Of a stretch of 64,000 bases of DNA, positions 38,220-52,138 are shown in pieces; the stretch's first letter is position 1; every line of letters begins with the position of its first letter. The notes beneath the pieces were generated by a model. That model was not told where the DNA came from. It ran no database searches and saw nothing but the letters and a program-made list of their open reading frames with translations. A program made the translations under genes and the position numbers. Origin of the DNA: Nageia nagi (taxonomy: Eukaryota; Plantae; Pinophyta). The stretch spans positions 96,410,001 to 96,474,000 of the forward strand of contig JBITNC010000001.1 in assembly GCA_050084985.1 (NCBI GenBank), read 5' to 3'.

Positions 38220-41200
38220 AATAACATCTTATTAGCTTTTAGGAGGAGTGCTTGTTGAAATTGGTATCGAAGGAGAAATTAATAGCCAAATTCTTCCCAA
38301 GGATTTTGAAAGGTGATGCTAGCCAATGGTTTTATAATTTTCTAGGGGGATCCATATATTCATTCAAATCATTGGTTAAAGCATTAATGAATTAGTACAA
38401 GCATAATATTAAGGAACAAGGTACCATTATAAACTTGTGTGCCTTATGCCAAGAGAATAATGAAACCTTAGAGAAGTACATTATAAGATTCAAAAAGGTA
38501 TGTAAGTCTATTCATAGTAAGTTAGATGAAAAAAAAAATTTGTGGTAGTTTTGTTGATTCCATTCTTCCAACCATTAGGTTATATGCTCTTAATTATACT
38601 GATATAGGATTTGGCATTATGACAAAAAGAATTTTAGCAAAAGAAAATATTTTGATTGAGGTTGGGGGTATCAAGTATATATTCACTCCATATAATAATA
38701 AAATTGTAAGCCATATACTAAGAAGGAAGAAAAAAATATGAACATGGTTGAAGCATTGACACCTGCACCTACATCTACATTGACTAGATTGACTACAACA
38801 AGAAGTATGAATTTTACCTTTCCAATACGATAAAAGTTTATTTGATAAGATTTGATGAAGAAAGTGATGTTGAAGCCATTGGATAGGAAATATAAGGATG
38901 ATAATGTGTCATTAGGGAATTCAAATGCCTATTGCACTTATAATCAGAGAAGAGGATATGCTAAAAATAGCTATAAGTATTTAGAGGATGCCATTTTAGA
39001 CCTTATTACATAAGGGTAGTATGAAATCAATCAAAATGCTTCAAATCTAGACATAACAATTAATGCTATATCAATGGATGAGGCAAGTTATGTTGTAATG
39101 AGAAGGGGACATCCAAAGGACATTCAAAATCCAATCACCATTGAAAAAGTAATTCCCACTTTATCCTAAAGCTTATAACATGATTGAATAGTTGAAAACT
39201 ACTCTTGCTAAGATTAGTCTATATAATCTTATTTGTACATCTCAAAAATATAAGAAGATATTGTATGATTTGTTTAAAAAGGAAAACGTCCCCACAAATA
39301 TTTCTTCTACCTTAGTTTATGAGAAAATTTAGTCCATTAAAGAATATGATACATTTTCCTTTTATAAGTATGAAAAACATAGTAAAGAAGTCCTTGCTAA
39401 ATATCTACCCTATACATTACACCTATGATACATGGATGGGAAATCAAAAGAGCCATGGTAGATAGTGGGTCAGCTATTAATGTATGTTCTAAAAAAATCA
39501 TAGATCAAATTCAATATAAAGGAATCCAAATACAACCTTTAAAGGAGCTAACATTTTGTATTAGAGCATATGATAGTTCCTCCAAAAAACCACTTGGTAT
39601 AGCCATAATTTCTATGTCATTAGGTATTGGAACAATTGAAACATACTTTCATGTCATGGGTAGGAAGCTATCCTATAACCTACTCTTAGGGAGATGTTGG
39701 ATTCATGATACAGATGCAATTCCTTCAATAATACATGGCCAGTTAAAGTTTGAATATTAAGGAAAAATACATACAATGATAGGAGATCTAGAACCTTAGG
39801 CATTGTGTAATTTGGAAGATTTTGATATTGAAGGATTGTATATTACTTTACCTAGATATGAGATTGTTCCTTTTGAAGTAGAGTGAACATTTATAAAGGA
39901 AAAAAAGAAAACTTAGATTGCAAAGATAGGTATGGGAATATATAGAATCCAAAACTTGTACCATTCATCCATAAAAGATTTGGATCATCCAAAAATATTG
40001 AGTATTTTAGAGTGTCCATGTTATGTTATATGGGTTTCAAGGTGTGAAACAAATATGGATTAGGAATTTCTTGCTCAACAATGTAACTATCACCTAATAT
40101 TGCTTCATAAAGAAAAGAAATGATGATGAAGGTCATAGGTAAATCATTTCTATATCCTCCTGTACATAAATACATGAGATAAAATTGCAAGTATAAAGGG
40201 GGAGGATTAGGGAAATGAGATAGGGTATGTCTTCTTTTCCTACTAGTTTAGGAGCTCAGAAAGATTAAAAAGGGCTAGGTAGTGATCAAAATATAAAAAA
40301 GAATACATCACCTATCAAGTTTGTTAAAGAATGCACTATGATTGAGCCTTGTGATAATATTTATGAGGATTTGTGGATTGATGATATGAAACCCCTTGAA
40401 TTTTATTCATTTATTACTAATGATGATATTTTAGAATACAAAGGAGCATATTCAAAATTTCCCAAATGAAATAAAAGAAGACAAACAAATTATGTTCTCA
40501 GTGAGCATGGGTATTTTGGATAAGAAATAAGTTTCAATGAAGTGTTTCAAGTACAACAGGCTAATGATGAAGATGATGAAGCTCATGATATTTCAAGATT
40601 AGAAGTGTTACCTTCATTATTGTAAAAGAAGATGAATTATCATTTTTAGCTAAAGAGTTGATTGATGTCAACATTGGTACAAGTGATAAGAAAGATTTAT
40701 CAAAGTTGGAGTTGCTTTGCCTCTAGATCAATAAGGTACAAAAATAAATTTATTAAATTTCATAAGAACTTTGCATGGTATTATTCTAATTTTCTTGGTT
40801 TAGATACATATTTTTTCATGCATAATTTGCCACTCAAAAAAGGAGAAAAATATGTTCCAAAAAACCAAGAAAAATGCATCCCTCTAGGGCATTACTAGTT
40901 AAGAAAGAGATTGAGAAATATTTGAATGCTAGTTTCATTAAGATAATAGATTATTTAGAATGGATGCTAATATTGTACCTATTAATAAGTGTACTAGAGA
41001 AATAAAAGTTTGTACTAATTTTAAAGATATTAATAATGTTTATCCAAAAGATGATTTTATATTATCAAATATTGATATGATTGTGGATAACATTGTTGGT
41101 CATGATACTTTCTCTTTTATGAATGGATTTTTAGGATATAATAAGATTTCAATAAATTGGATTGATCAACATAAAATAACTTTCACTAAACCATGGGATA

Positions 41201-41777
41201 ATAGTTTTTGGAAAGTTATGCCTTTTGGTATGAAAAATAAAGGTGCAACTTATCATCATGTTATGGTTTCTATCTATCATGAGCGTATTCACAAATTAAT
41301 GAAGGTCTATGTAGATGATATCTTGATAAAATCAAAACAAGGAAGGATCATTTGGAGCTCCTTGAAGAGTTATTTAACATTCTCAAAAAATGAAAGCTAA
41401 GATTAAAACCTCAAAAGTATGCTTTCGGTGTTACTTCATGAAATTTGCTTGGTTTAATGGTATCATAAAGAGGAATTAAAGTAGATCCAAAAAAGGTGAA
41501 AGCCATTATTAGCATGCCTTATCCAAAGAGGTATCATAAAGAGGAATTAAGGTAAGATGAATTCGGTAAGAAGATTCATTTCTCATCTTGGTGATAAGTG
41601 TATACCATTTACTCATTTGTTGAAAAAGGATGTAAAGTTTGTATCAAATTAGAAATTTCAAAAGGAATTTTAGGATATAAAATATTATTTTATCAATCCA
41701 CCTATCCTAGTTCCCATTAATTTTAGTAAAGAGGCATATCTTTATATATTAGCCACATTATTTGCCTTGGGCAAAAT
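38220..41777 (+). pseudogene. Tat gag, protease, G-patch, RT and RNase H N-terminus
   Basis: FPRILKGDASQWFYN, MVDSGSAINV...YNLLLGRCWIH (39425..39760), YKGGGLGK (~40192), MPFGMKNKGATY...YVDDIL (40960..41400), and FALGK at the breakpoint. Confidence 0.92.
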
Positions 41778-42278
41778 TGTTGGAATGAATAATGCATTAT
41801 TATAAAATTTTTGTAATTATCCTCCTTGTAAAATCACTATACTTAAGGGTATCATTAGATACCTTAATTATTTAAGTGAATATGATAATGTAACTTATCC
41901 TACACTCCATGTCATGAGCATGCCCCTTGGCTAAAAGGGAGTTCCATGTTATGCCTTTGTACATTGGTTAAAAGGGTGATCCAAAGGGGCATTTTGGCCT
42001 ATAAATAGAAGGCCCCCTCTTTGTGATCACACACCAATTTGTGAAGCAAAGTTATGCTCTAGGATAGTGATTAGAAAATTATATTAGGAGAATTGTAAGA
42101 GAGATGTATTTGTGAATGAAGTAAGATCTAGTTAGTGGATGTACTCCTAGTTGTAGGAACCACTTTATCTCTTGAGTTATTTTATGAGATTATCTTCTTG
42201 AGTTATCTTGATGTTAGTATGGACTTCCATGAGATCTTGGTAGTTTAGAATTGTATTTTTTATATTTCAATCCCTTTA
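41778..42278 (+). repeat. 5' LTR of the inner Copia
   Basis: TGTTGG...TCCCTTTA (CA mutated to TA); TATAAATAG at ~42000. Confidence 0.95.
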
Positions 42279-42280
42279 TT

Positions 42281-42292
42281 TGGTATCAGATC
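42281..42292 (+). promoter_or_regulatory. PBS, initiator tRNA-Met type
   Basis: TGGTATCAGATC versus canonical TGGTATCAGAGC. Confidence 0.9.
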
Positions 42293-45089
42293 TTGGTGTG
42301 GAAGCTCATCTTCAACTTGGAGGTCCTCATCCTCTACCCTTCGCTCCATTGTGAGGTAAAAGTGCTTCAAAGGTATAACCTTCCTCTTCTCTTTATCTTG
42401 GATTACTAACATATTTTGTGTTATGTTAGTCCTTTTTTATGATAAAATTTGTTTAAATTAGCAATATATTTTGATGCATTTTCTATACCAACATGTCTTA
42501 TTCCTAGTTGTAATTTTTTAAATTGCCTATTATGTTGCTATAATTTTGCATATCCTTAATTTTTAAAGGTTTTATTATATATATCAAAATGTTTAAGGAA
42601 AATATATACTAAATTTTTTTTCTTTCAAAAATTAAATGCAAATTTCAATGGAAAGTTTATATATTGCTATTTCTTCTTTTAATAGTTATGCCAGTTTTAG
42701 TTCTTTTATCAAAATAGTTTTATTCTATAAATATTTTATACAACTATTTTGATACTAACAAAAATTAAAGTAATTATTTTTTTACTACATTTTTTTACAT
42801 ATTTTCATTTAAATAAAAAGGGGAGGATTTAAAAAAAATGGGGGGGTCCTTTAGATGTTTTTTCAAAAACTCTATATAACCTTTTTTAAAATATTTCAAA
42901 AGTTTTTCAAAATCTTCTTTTTTGAAAATGATAAAGTTTTTTTTTTTGATATATTTTTTGGAGGAGGAGGTTGACTAGCTACTAGCTAGCCAAACCCCAC
43001 CCCTTTGTTCTTCCATCACCCCTTTATTCCTCCATCACTTGCCCCTCTTCTCACATTCACTGAAAGCCAAATCTACCAAGCTTTATAGGTTGAAAGTCAT
43101 AGGCTTAGGGTCAAAGCAATCTACCATTGCAAAACTATCACCACCCACCTTTTGAGCTACCTTTTTCCTTAGTTCCTTTCCAATGTGCACAAATCCCATG
43201 ATCTAAAATGAAAGGACCAATCTAACCTAATACAAATTGTTTGCACTATAACTAAACCATGAAAGAAATGGGCTATTGATGAGCCAAACTCTATAATGCA
43301 TGGGAGCTCTATGCTATGCAACCCCTTATTATTGAGTAGTTTAAATCAAGGAGGATCCAACCTTATTTTTTCCTTTGGCACCTTGTAGCTAGGATGTGAT
43401 TAGTTATCCTTTAATCATCCCCTTCAAAAGCATCGAACCTACGTAGGGCATAGCTCATTAGATTTATGTGGTTTTCTTCACCCTCCACTATGCCCTACTT
43501 ATTCTATGTGACCTCCTCATCTATGCATGACCCTCCTTTTTTTTCTATCCATATTAGCCTTTGACTTTTCCCTCTATGCAGCTCCCTCTCACCTCTACAT
43601 TTTTTTTTATTGCTTCATTCATTTTTTTACTACTCCATTTAATTTCTTGGGTAAATGATTTTTTCTCCTTCCTTGTAAGAAATATTTATTGCAAAGTTTT
43701 TTAATTTGGTAATGGATGTCCATATGCCTTTTTCTTCATTAATGAGTGTCATAACTCATTACTTTTTTTTTTTTGATTTTGAGTAGCATTTAAGATAAAC
43801 TTAAATGATGAACTATTTAAGTGTCTTGGAGAAAGGGTGCTACAAGTCTTTTAAGGAAATTAAAAAAGAAGAGGGGTGGTTACTTAAATATTTTAGTTAA
43901 AATTATTTTGCAAGTAAACATGACAAGGGAACAACTTTTTACTTGCATAGGCATTTTTTTTAGAGAAATTTATTCAATGCCTAGAAGTATTTTTAGCATC
44001 ATCATTGTTTACTATGCTACAAATTAAATTCCATAAATTACTTTTTTTATGATTAAAGATATTATGATCAGTTTACTTAAGATAGGTATTTTTTTACTTT
44101 GAAATAAAATTTCACATGCAATTACGTAAAAACTTTTTTTTGTATATTTATTATATTGCTTTAAGATCAATTTTAATTAACAAGAGGGAATTGTTTATGA
44201 AGTTTTTACTTCAAATTTTTAGATCTTTGGTGCAATGTTATGTTTGGAATTATGCAAATTTAAGAATGAACTTGTGACAACTTATGCAAATAATGCATGC
44301 ATATCATTTAGAATTATGTGAATGCCTCTTAAGTATTTACTTTAAATTTGTTATGAATAGATTTGTTCTTATGTAGGAATGATGCATGCTTATTACTTCA
44401 ATTTTTTAATTTATAGGAATGATGCATGCTTTCTACTTAATTTTTTAAGTTATGGGATGTTGTATTTTTTAATGAATCCCTATCTTTTTCTTCCTTATGC
44501 AAAGTATGGCATGGACTTATGCAAAATAAGGAATGATGTAAATATATCCTTTAGGGGTTGGTAAACAAAACCCATTGGACTCTTAGGTTCCAAGTTATGA
44601 ATGGATGGTATTTTATTTATGTACTTTACTTCATGTTTCACACTTTTTCTTTATTTACTTATGCAAAAATTGTAAACATTGAAATGTGTAACCCCCTAAA
44701 ATGAACACATTCGCATGTACATTCTATAACATGACTTATTTGGGAAGCCACAAGGTGAGGATAGGCAAATTGGATCCTTTAGTCTAATGATCCAAATGGT
44801 GAAAAGTTTGTACTTCTCAATTTCCTCTAAGTCCTTTGTTGGTATGGATATAACTCCAATAAGTGGACATGCATTTGTGTAGTGATACCACATGTTTGCA
44901 CATCCATTCAAGGATTATCCTAATAACCTAGGAGGAAAAATTGAAACTTAATCAAGCTTAATAATTTTGCCAATCCAATATACATCATAACCTTGGAAAA
45001 TAGTAGGTACTCCCTCTTATGATAGTATATTACTACCCAAGGTGAACTCATTGAGGATTGGTAGCACTTAGGCTCCACCTTGCAGGCAT

Positions 45090-47895
45090 TTAGGTGAAGG
45101 CCTAATTGGAAGTGTGTTGATTCATGGGAAGGTTTTAGAAAATGTGCTCTATGTTCCTAAGCTCAAGATGAACCTTATATTAGTGATTCAAGTTGTAAGG
45201 AAATGATACTCTTTTGAGTTTGAATCACAATCCTAGTGCATTAAGAAGGGAATTACCATGCTAGTTAAAGGATCAGTGAAAGATGATCTCTACATTATGG
45301 ATCAAGTTCCAACAAAGATGTGTCTTACTGCAAATGTGTGTTCTAGACGTAATCTTTGGCACAACATTTAGGGCACCTTAACCAAAAGAGTATTCAAGTC
45401 ATGAAAGATCAAGAACTTGTGGAAGGTTTGCCTTCAATTTCATCTTCAATTGATTTGTATGAAAAGTGAATCTTAGGAAAGATGAATAGACAAAGGTTTG
45501 AAAAAGATAAGAAAACAAGGGCATCTCTACCTTTTCAGCTTATACATTTAGATTTGATAGGTCTATTTTAGACTAAGTCACTTGGAGGAGCATCTTATGT
45601 CTTGACCTTCATCGATGACTTCAGTAGGATGATGTTTGGCTATCTAGTTGAGAATAAGGATCAAACCTTTGAGAGTTTTATGAATTTTAAGGCCTTAGTT
45701 GAAAATTAGACTAACCTTAAAATTAAGATGTTGAGATCAAATAATGGGGGAAAATATAATAGCAATGAGTTCAATGACTATTATGCTATGTATGGAATCA
45801 AGAGGTAGTTTACAATTCCTTACACTCCTTAGTAAAATGATGTTATTTAAAGGAAAAATAGGATAATTATGGAGATGGCTAGATGCATGTTGGGTAATAT
45901 TCCTAGTTTTTTATGGGGTGAAGTTGTGAGCACTGATATTTATACCTTGATAGGTGTCCCACAAAAGTTGTTTAGGGTAAAACTCTTTTTAAGGTTTGGT
46001 CAGGAATAAAACCTAACATTTCTCACCTTAGGGTATTTGGTTGTGAAGCATTCTCATACATTATTTTTGAGAAAAGAAAAAAGTTGGAAAAAAGAGCTAA
46101 AAAATGCATATTTGTAGGTTATGATAGTCAACATAGAGGCTACAAGCTCTGCTCTCCATCCTACAAAGCAATGTTCATATCGAGGGATGTAAAGTTCAAT
46201 GAAATTCCTAAAGAATCTACTTCTAATAAGGATTTTGATGATCCAAATGACTCATTAGTTACACCTAGTTGGTTGGATATTGATGTAGACAAGTCACCTC
46301 AGGAAAAACATTCTCCAACACAAAGGGTAACTAGGAGCATGACCTTGAACAAATCCTTATTTGATACAATTGATAACAAAAATGAGCTTTCATCTTTCAA
46401 AGATGCTTCTAAGCATGAGTGATAGATGGAAGCCATGAAAGTGGAGTATGAGGCTCTTATGAAAAATGAAACTTAGGACTTGGTTTTTTATCCTAGTGAG
46501 AAGAATGTGCTTGGAAATAAGTGGATCTACAAGGTCAAGTTCAATTCAGTTAGGGATATTGAGAAATACAAGACAAGATTAGTAGCCAAAGGTTTTGCTC
46601 AAAAATATGGTATTGATTATGAGAAAATCTTTGCTCCCATGGAAAAAATGCCCACTATCAAAATTATCTTTGCTCTTTTAGCAGCTTAGGGATGGAAAGT
46701 TTTTCAACTTGACATCAAGAGTGCATTTATCAATGGTGAATTAGATGTGGAAATCTACATGAATCAACCAAAAGTATTTATTGTGGAAAGAAAAGAGTTA
46801 TTTGTGTGCAAGATCAAGAAGTCATTATATGGACTTAAGCAAGCACCTAGAGCTTCGTACAAGAAGATTTCAAGATACTTTAGAAACATTAGATTCTCCA
46901 AGTATTTTTTTGACTCCAATTTATATGTGCTAAATCAAGAAAAAGATTGATCTTAATTCTCCAATATGTGGATGATCTTCTAATTACTAAGAACAATGAT
47001 AAAATCATTCAAGAGTGTATATCCAAACTCAAGGAAATATTTGAAATGATTGATCTTGGTCTCTTACACTAATATCTTGGAATGCAAGTATACCAATAAA
47101 AGGATTGCACTTATCTTAGTCAATCCAAGTATATATCACACATCTTACAAAATTTTGAATGGAGAAGTATATACATGCTATGATCCTTGTCTCTCTTGAA
47201 ATCACTATTTCCCTTAGCTTCAACTCATAGTTGGTAGATACTACAACTTACATGCAATTAATTAATAGTCTTCTTTATTTGATTATTTCCAATCTAGATA
47301 TTACTTTTATAGTGAATCTAATAGAATGATTCATGTAGAAACCATATATTGAGCACCTCAATGCTGTTAAGCAAATATTAAGGTATGTTGTAAGGATGAA
47401 GAATCTTACTCTCAAGTATTCCAAGTTACCCTCATTTTTTCTCTTAGGTTTATATGATTCTGACTATGGAGGAGATAGAGATGATAGAAAATCAACCTTT
47501 GCATTTATTTTTAGCATTGGTTTAGGTGCTATCTCTTAGGCTTCAAAGAAGTATACCTATATTTCTCTTTCCATGATAGAAGTTGAATATTGTGCCATAT
47601 ATGTTGCAACCAAGAAGCTATTTGGCTAAGGTATCTTCTAAAAGAAATTAGGTATTAGAAACCTGGACCATCTCTAATTTCTTTAGATAATCAATTGGCT
47701 ATTTCTTTGGCTAAGAAACATGTGTTCCATCAGAGAATAAAACATGTGGAAATTTAGGCCCATTTCATCAAGGAAAAGGTTCTTGATGGCATTTTACACG
47801 TGGAGTATTATCCATAAATCTTGAACTTTGCTAAGCCCCTCCTTAAAGCTCAATTTAGTAAGCTTAGGGATGCTGTTGGGTTGGTGAAGTTTCCC
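45090..47895 (+). pseudogene. Copia pol relic (protease C-terminus, GAG-pre-integrase, integrase, RT, RNase H)
   Basis: LENVLYVPKLKMNL, LGHLN, SLGGASYVLTFIDDFSR, KCIFVGYD, KWIYKVK...YKTRLVAKGFAQ, KSLYGLKQAPR, YVDDLL and DSDYGGDRDDRKST. Confidence 0.95.
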
Positions 47896-48635
47896 TCAAG
47901 GGGGAGTGAAGCTTATTTATGATGACAACTTCATCCCTAGGAGGAATTTTATGTTGTATAGTGCTAATTTTATTATACACCTTCATGGTAAGTTCCCTCT
48001 ACATGAAGAACTTGTTGTATATTTAAAAAAAAAAAAGATTGGCCAATCTAGCACTTTTTTAGTTATCCATGTGTGAGGAACTTGTATGTGTATTTTAGCA
48101 CTATTCAATTATCCATGTGTGAGGAAATCATATATGAATTTTATTTTGCTCTATTTGGTAATGATAATCAACACATGTTTTGTATACAATAGGTGATTGT
48201 GAGTATTAGGTTGGCATCTTTGTGATGACTTATAGTGCACCATTGATCAATTTATGATGGTATTTGTTTTATTCATCTATCCTTATTGATATAAATATGT
48301 TGCATCTAACTAATATTGTTATTTGAGCTACTTATAACTTACAGGTTCTCTTGATATTGCAAGTTACTTACTTCAAATGTGTAGGCTCATGGAGACTCAT
48401 CATGACCTCCAATTGGGTGACTACTTTATGTACATTGAAAAAAATTATGGTTAATGATTATATTGTAAACCATTTGCTAAAATGGTAAAGTAGTGAGTCC
48501 CAAAATAAGATCTTGCTTACTTCACAAAGATGTAAAAAGTTCTCATCTCTTGTTGTATATATTTGGAGGAGAACTCTCTTACTCTCTCTTTCTTCTCTCT
48601 TATTTTCTCTATTCCAATATTGCATTAAGGGGGGG

Positions 48636-49135
48636 TGTTGGGATGTATAATGCATTATTGTAAAGTTTTTGTATTAATCCTCCTCGTAAATTTACTAATA
48701 CTTAATGGTATCATTAGATACCTTAAGTATTTGAGTGAATATGATAATGTAACTTATCCTACACTCCATGTCATGAGCATGCCCCTTGGCTAAAAGGAGT
48801 TGCATGTCATGCCTTTGTACATTGGTTAAAAGGGTGATCCAAAAGAGGATTTTGGCTATAAATAGAAGGCCCCCTCTTTGTGATCATGCACCAATTTGTG
48901 AAGCAAATTTATGCTCTAGGATAGTGATTAGAAGATGAAATTAGAAGAATTGTAAGATAGTTATCTTTATGAATGAAGTAAGATCTAGTTAGTGGATGTA
49001 CTCCTAGTTGGAGGAACCACTTTATCTCTTGAGCTATTTTGTGAGATTATTTTCTTGGGTTATCTTGATGTTAGTATGGGCTTCCATGAGATCTTGGTAG
49101 TTTAGGATTGTATTTGTTATATTTCAATCCCTTCA
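48636..49135 (+). repeat. 3' LTR of the inner Copia
   Basis: TGTTGG...TCCCTTCA, preceded by the PPT and followed by the TSD. Confidence 0.95.
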
Positions 49136-49140
49136 AAAAT

Positions 49141-51360
49141 GTTATGTTAGCAATATGATAAAAATAAAGAAAGAGCTATCTACTACCTCAACAAGACTCT
49201 CATAGACCATGAAATAAGGTACATTCCTATGGAAAAGATTTATTTTGGTATTGTTTTTGCTACTAAAAATTTGAGGTATTATCTTTTGTACTGCATGACA
49301 TATTTTGTGAGCCCAATTAACCCATTGACATATCTCATAGCTAAGCAATACTTGCTAGGAAGAGTAGCTATGTGGTTGATGTTATTGCAAGAATTTGATG
49401 CAAATATGGTCAAATAAAAGTTTGTAAAGGGCCAAGAAATCATATATTTGATAGCAAAATTTTCTCATATTGATAAGACAATTATCCATAAAGAGTTCCC
49501 AAATGAATATAATCAATATACTCCAACTTTAGAGCATGGGTGTTATGGTGGAGCACTTCCACAACGTTAAGGTAATTAGTGGAACATTCTAAGCAAGTTT
49601 GTATGCTATGTAGAGGATGAACCTAAGTCCTAGAAACTTTAATTTGATGGATCAAAGTGTATATATGGGTAGGGGTAGGTATTGTACTAGTTTCACCTTC
49701 GAATGATGTAATTCTTATGGCATACAAACTTAGATTTGAGTGCACTACCAATATGGGAAAATATGAGGATTTGATATTGGATTTGAAAGCAATTATTTTG
49801 TTGAAAATAAAGAATATGGAAATATATGGTGATTCAAAAATTTTCATTAATTAAGTTAATGAGATATATAATACAAAATATGAGAAATTAGCCCACAAAA
49901 GATGGTAGTTGTTGAAATTCTTCATCAGTTTGATAGGAAAACTATTTGGAATATTCTAAGAATAAAAAATAGTTATGTAATTACAATAGCAAGTTCAAAT
50001 TCTTTAGTTCTATCTGAAATAGAATATGATCATACAATTCTGAGGATCAACCACTTGAGTACACCATCTTGTGTGGATAGTGATAGTGATGTAGAGGTAT
50101 ATTGTGTGACTCAAGATGAAATTAAACCATTATGGTATGATGATATTTAAAATTACTTGAAATATTAATCAATTCCATAATATTTTGATAGGAATAAAAA
50201 AGTTATATCAAAATAATAACTCTTAAGTATATCATCATTGATGAAGTATTGTATAGAAGGTCATTTGATGGGGCTCTATTGAGATGCCTTACGCATAATG
50301 GAATAAAAATAATACTTCAACAAGTGCATGATGGCCTATGCGAGGAAATTTCTTTGTAAAAGCATTGTATACTAAGATTTTGTGCATTGGTTACTATTGG
50401 ATTTCCATGGAAGAAGATTGTAAGAGTCATATCAAAAGCTACCTTCAATGTCAAAAGCATTCCAATTTAAAAAAATAATCAACATAAGAGTTGAATGCAA
50501 TTGTGTCACCATCATCCTTTGCAATTTGGGGTATATATTTGATTAGTCTTATAAATCCTCATTCAAGGGAGGGCATAAATTCATTATCATAGCTATAGAA
50601 TATTCTACAAAATGGGTTGAAGCCATACCAATGAAATTAGTCACACATGATAAGATCATTAATTTCTTGGTTAAGAATATTATAACAAGATTTGGTGTTC
50701 CACAACAATTGATAATAGACAATGGGAATAATTTCAAAGGTAAAGAAATGAAATCATTCTAAATTTTTTTTTCATATCATTCAAATATTTTATTTTGTTT
50801 AATACCCTCAAGGAAATAGTCAAGCAGAAGCATCAAATAAAATAATTAAGACTATTTTGTCAAAAAAATGGGATGGATATAAGAGAGATTAGCATGAAAA
50901 ATTACCATATTCACTATGGAATATATAATAAGTGTTAGGACTACTACTAAGAAAACTCCATTTTCATTAGTTTACAATGATGAAGTGATTATACCATTAG
51001 AACTAAAATACCATATTTAAGAATCTCACTACATGGAGATGTTTTAGATGAAGAGGCTTGGAAAGCTAGATTACAATAGTTGGAAGAACTTCATGAGAAG
51101 AGAATTTATACATTTGAATATCAAAATCATATCATGCAAAGTTAAAGAGAGAATTTCAAAAAAATATCAAGCCAAAAGTATTTCAGGTAGGAGATTGATA
51201 TTGAAAAAACATATCAACAAAACAACTACAAATGATGAAGTCAAAGGGAGTTTGAGCCAAATTGGCTAGGATGATTTGTTGTGGTAGACTATATTCCATG
51301 GATGATAAATAAGAACCAAAAACCTTCAATTACATACATTTGAAATACTTTTAAATGTAA
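49141..51360 (+). pseudogene. Tat RNase H remainder, additional (archaeal-type) RNase H and integrase
   Basis: ERAIYYLNKTL...EIRY, GRVAMWLMLLQEFD, FDGSKC...GVGIVLVSP...KLRFECTTN...YGDS (aRH), GYYW...CQKH, EYSTKWVEAIP, RFGVPQQLIIDNGNNF and PQGNSQAEASNK. Confidence 0.92.
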
Positions 51361-52138
51361 TATAACAACTCTATACCTTGAAAAATAACAAAGAATAAGA
51401 ATGAGGTACATGCATATTATTTTTCATTTTTGTTTCTAAGTAATTTTATATTATTTTCATAGTGTTAGTGCCATAATTCTTGCACAATGTTGACATCATA
51501 AAAAAGGTGAAGAGAGCATATGTCTGCAGGCCATTAACATAAAATATAAGATCGTTGATGGACATCATAATGGCTAGTGAGAGTTCACTTACTTAAAAGG
51601 TAAATCAATGATATAGCCATAAGTGAGATGTTGAAATTAACTCATCCTCAATGGATGATGCAACTCACTATGTATAATTTTTTTTTTAGGGTATATTTAA
51701 ATTCTTTTTGCAAGTATCTACAAAAATAAAAAAAACTATAGGATGCAAGGCATCCATGACGTATGAGTACTATTTGCATAGTGTTGACACTATTTGTTGT
51801 ACCTCATCAAAGGTTGAAATTAGTATACCTCTTTTGCATCAAAGCATGGATGACAAAACATAAGACTCCCTAGTATCATATATGAAGAGTAGTCACTTTT
51901 CACTTTTATACTTGATAAGAGCAAGGGGTAAAAAGAGATCTTTCTTCATATTTTATCTTGGCTACTCCATGCATGGAAATTTGCTAGGGGAAACCAAGTT
52001 AAAAGGGACCAATGAAGGACCTTCATTAAAGGATTGTGCTACTAGATAAAGAGTTCAAAATTTTCAAAAGTTTATTATACTCTTCATCTTTAGATATATA
52101 ATTTCAATTATACAATCACACCTCCAAAGAGGGAAAAA

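Larger units (their letters stand above)
41778..49135 (+). mobile_element. Ty1/Copia element (7358 bp) with both LTRs and pol but no recognisable gag, nested in the Tat RNase H
   Basis: LTRs at 41778-42278 and 48636-49135; perfect TSD AAAAT; PBS TGGTATCAGA at 42281; PPT AAGGGGGGG at 48627-48635; INT-RT-RH order. Confidence 0.95.

Noticed and set aside
26643-49135. Gag-only and pol-only elements as a complementing bipartite system
   Set aside because: One is Gypsy-derived and the other Copia, with unrelated LTRs. They share only a Met-type PBS, which is common.
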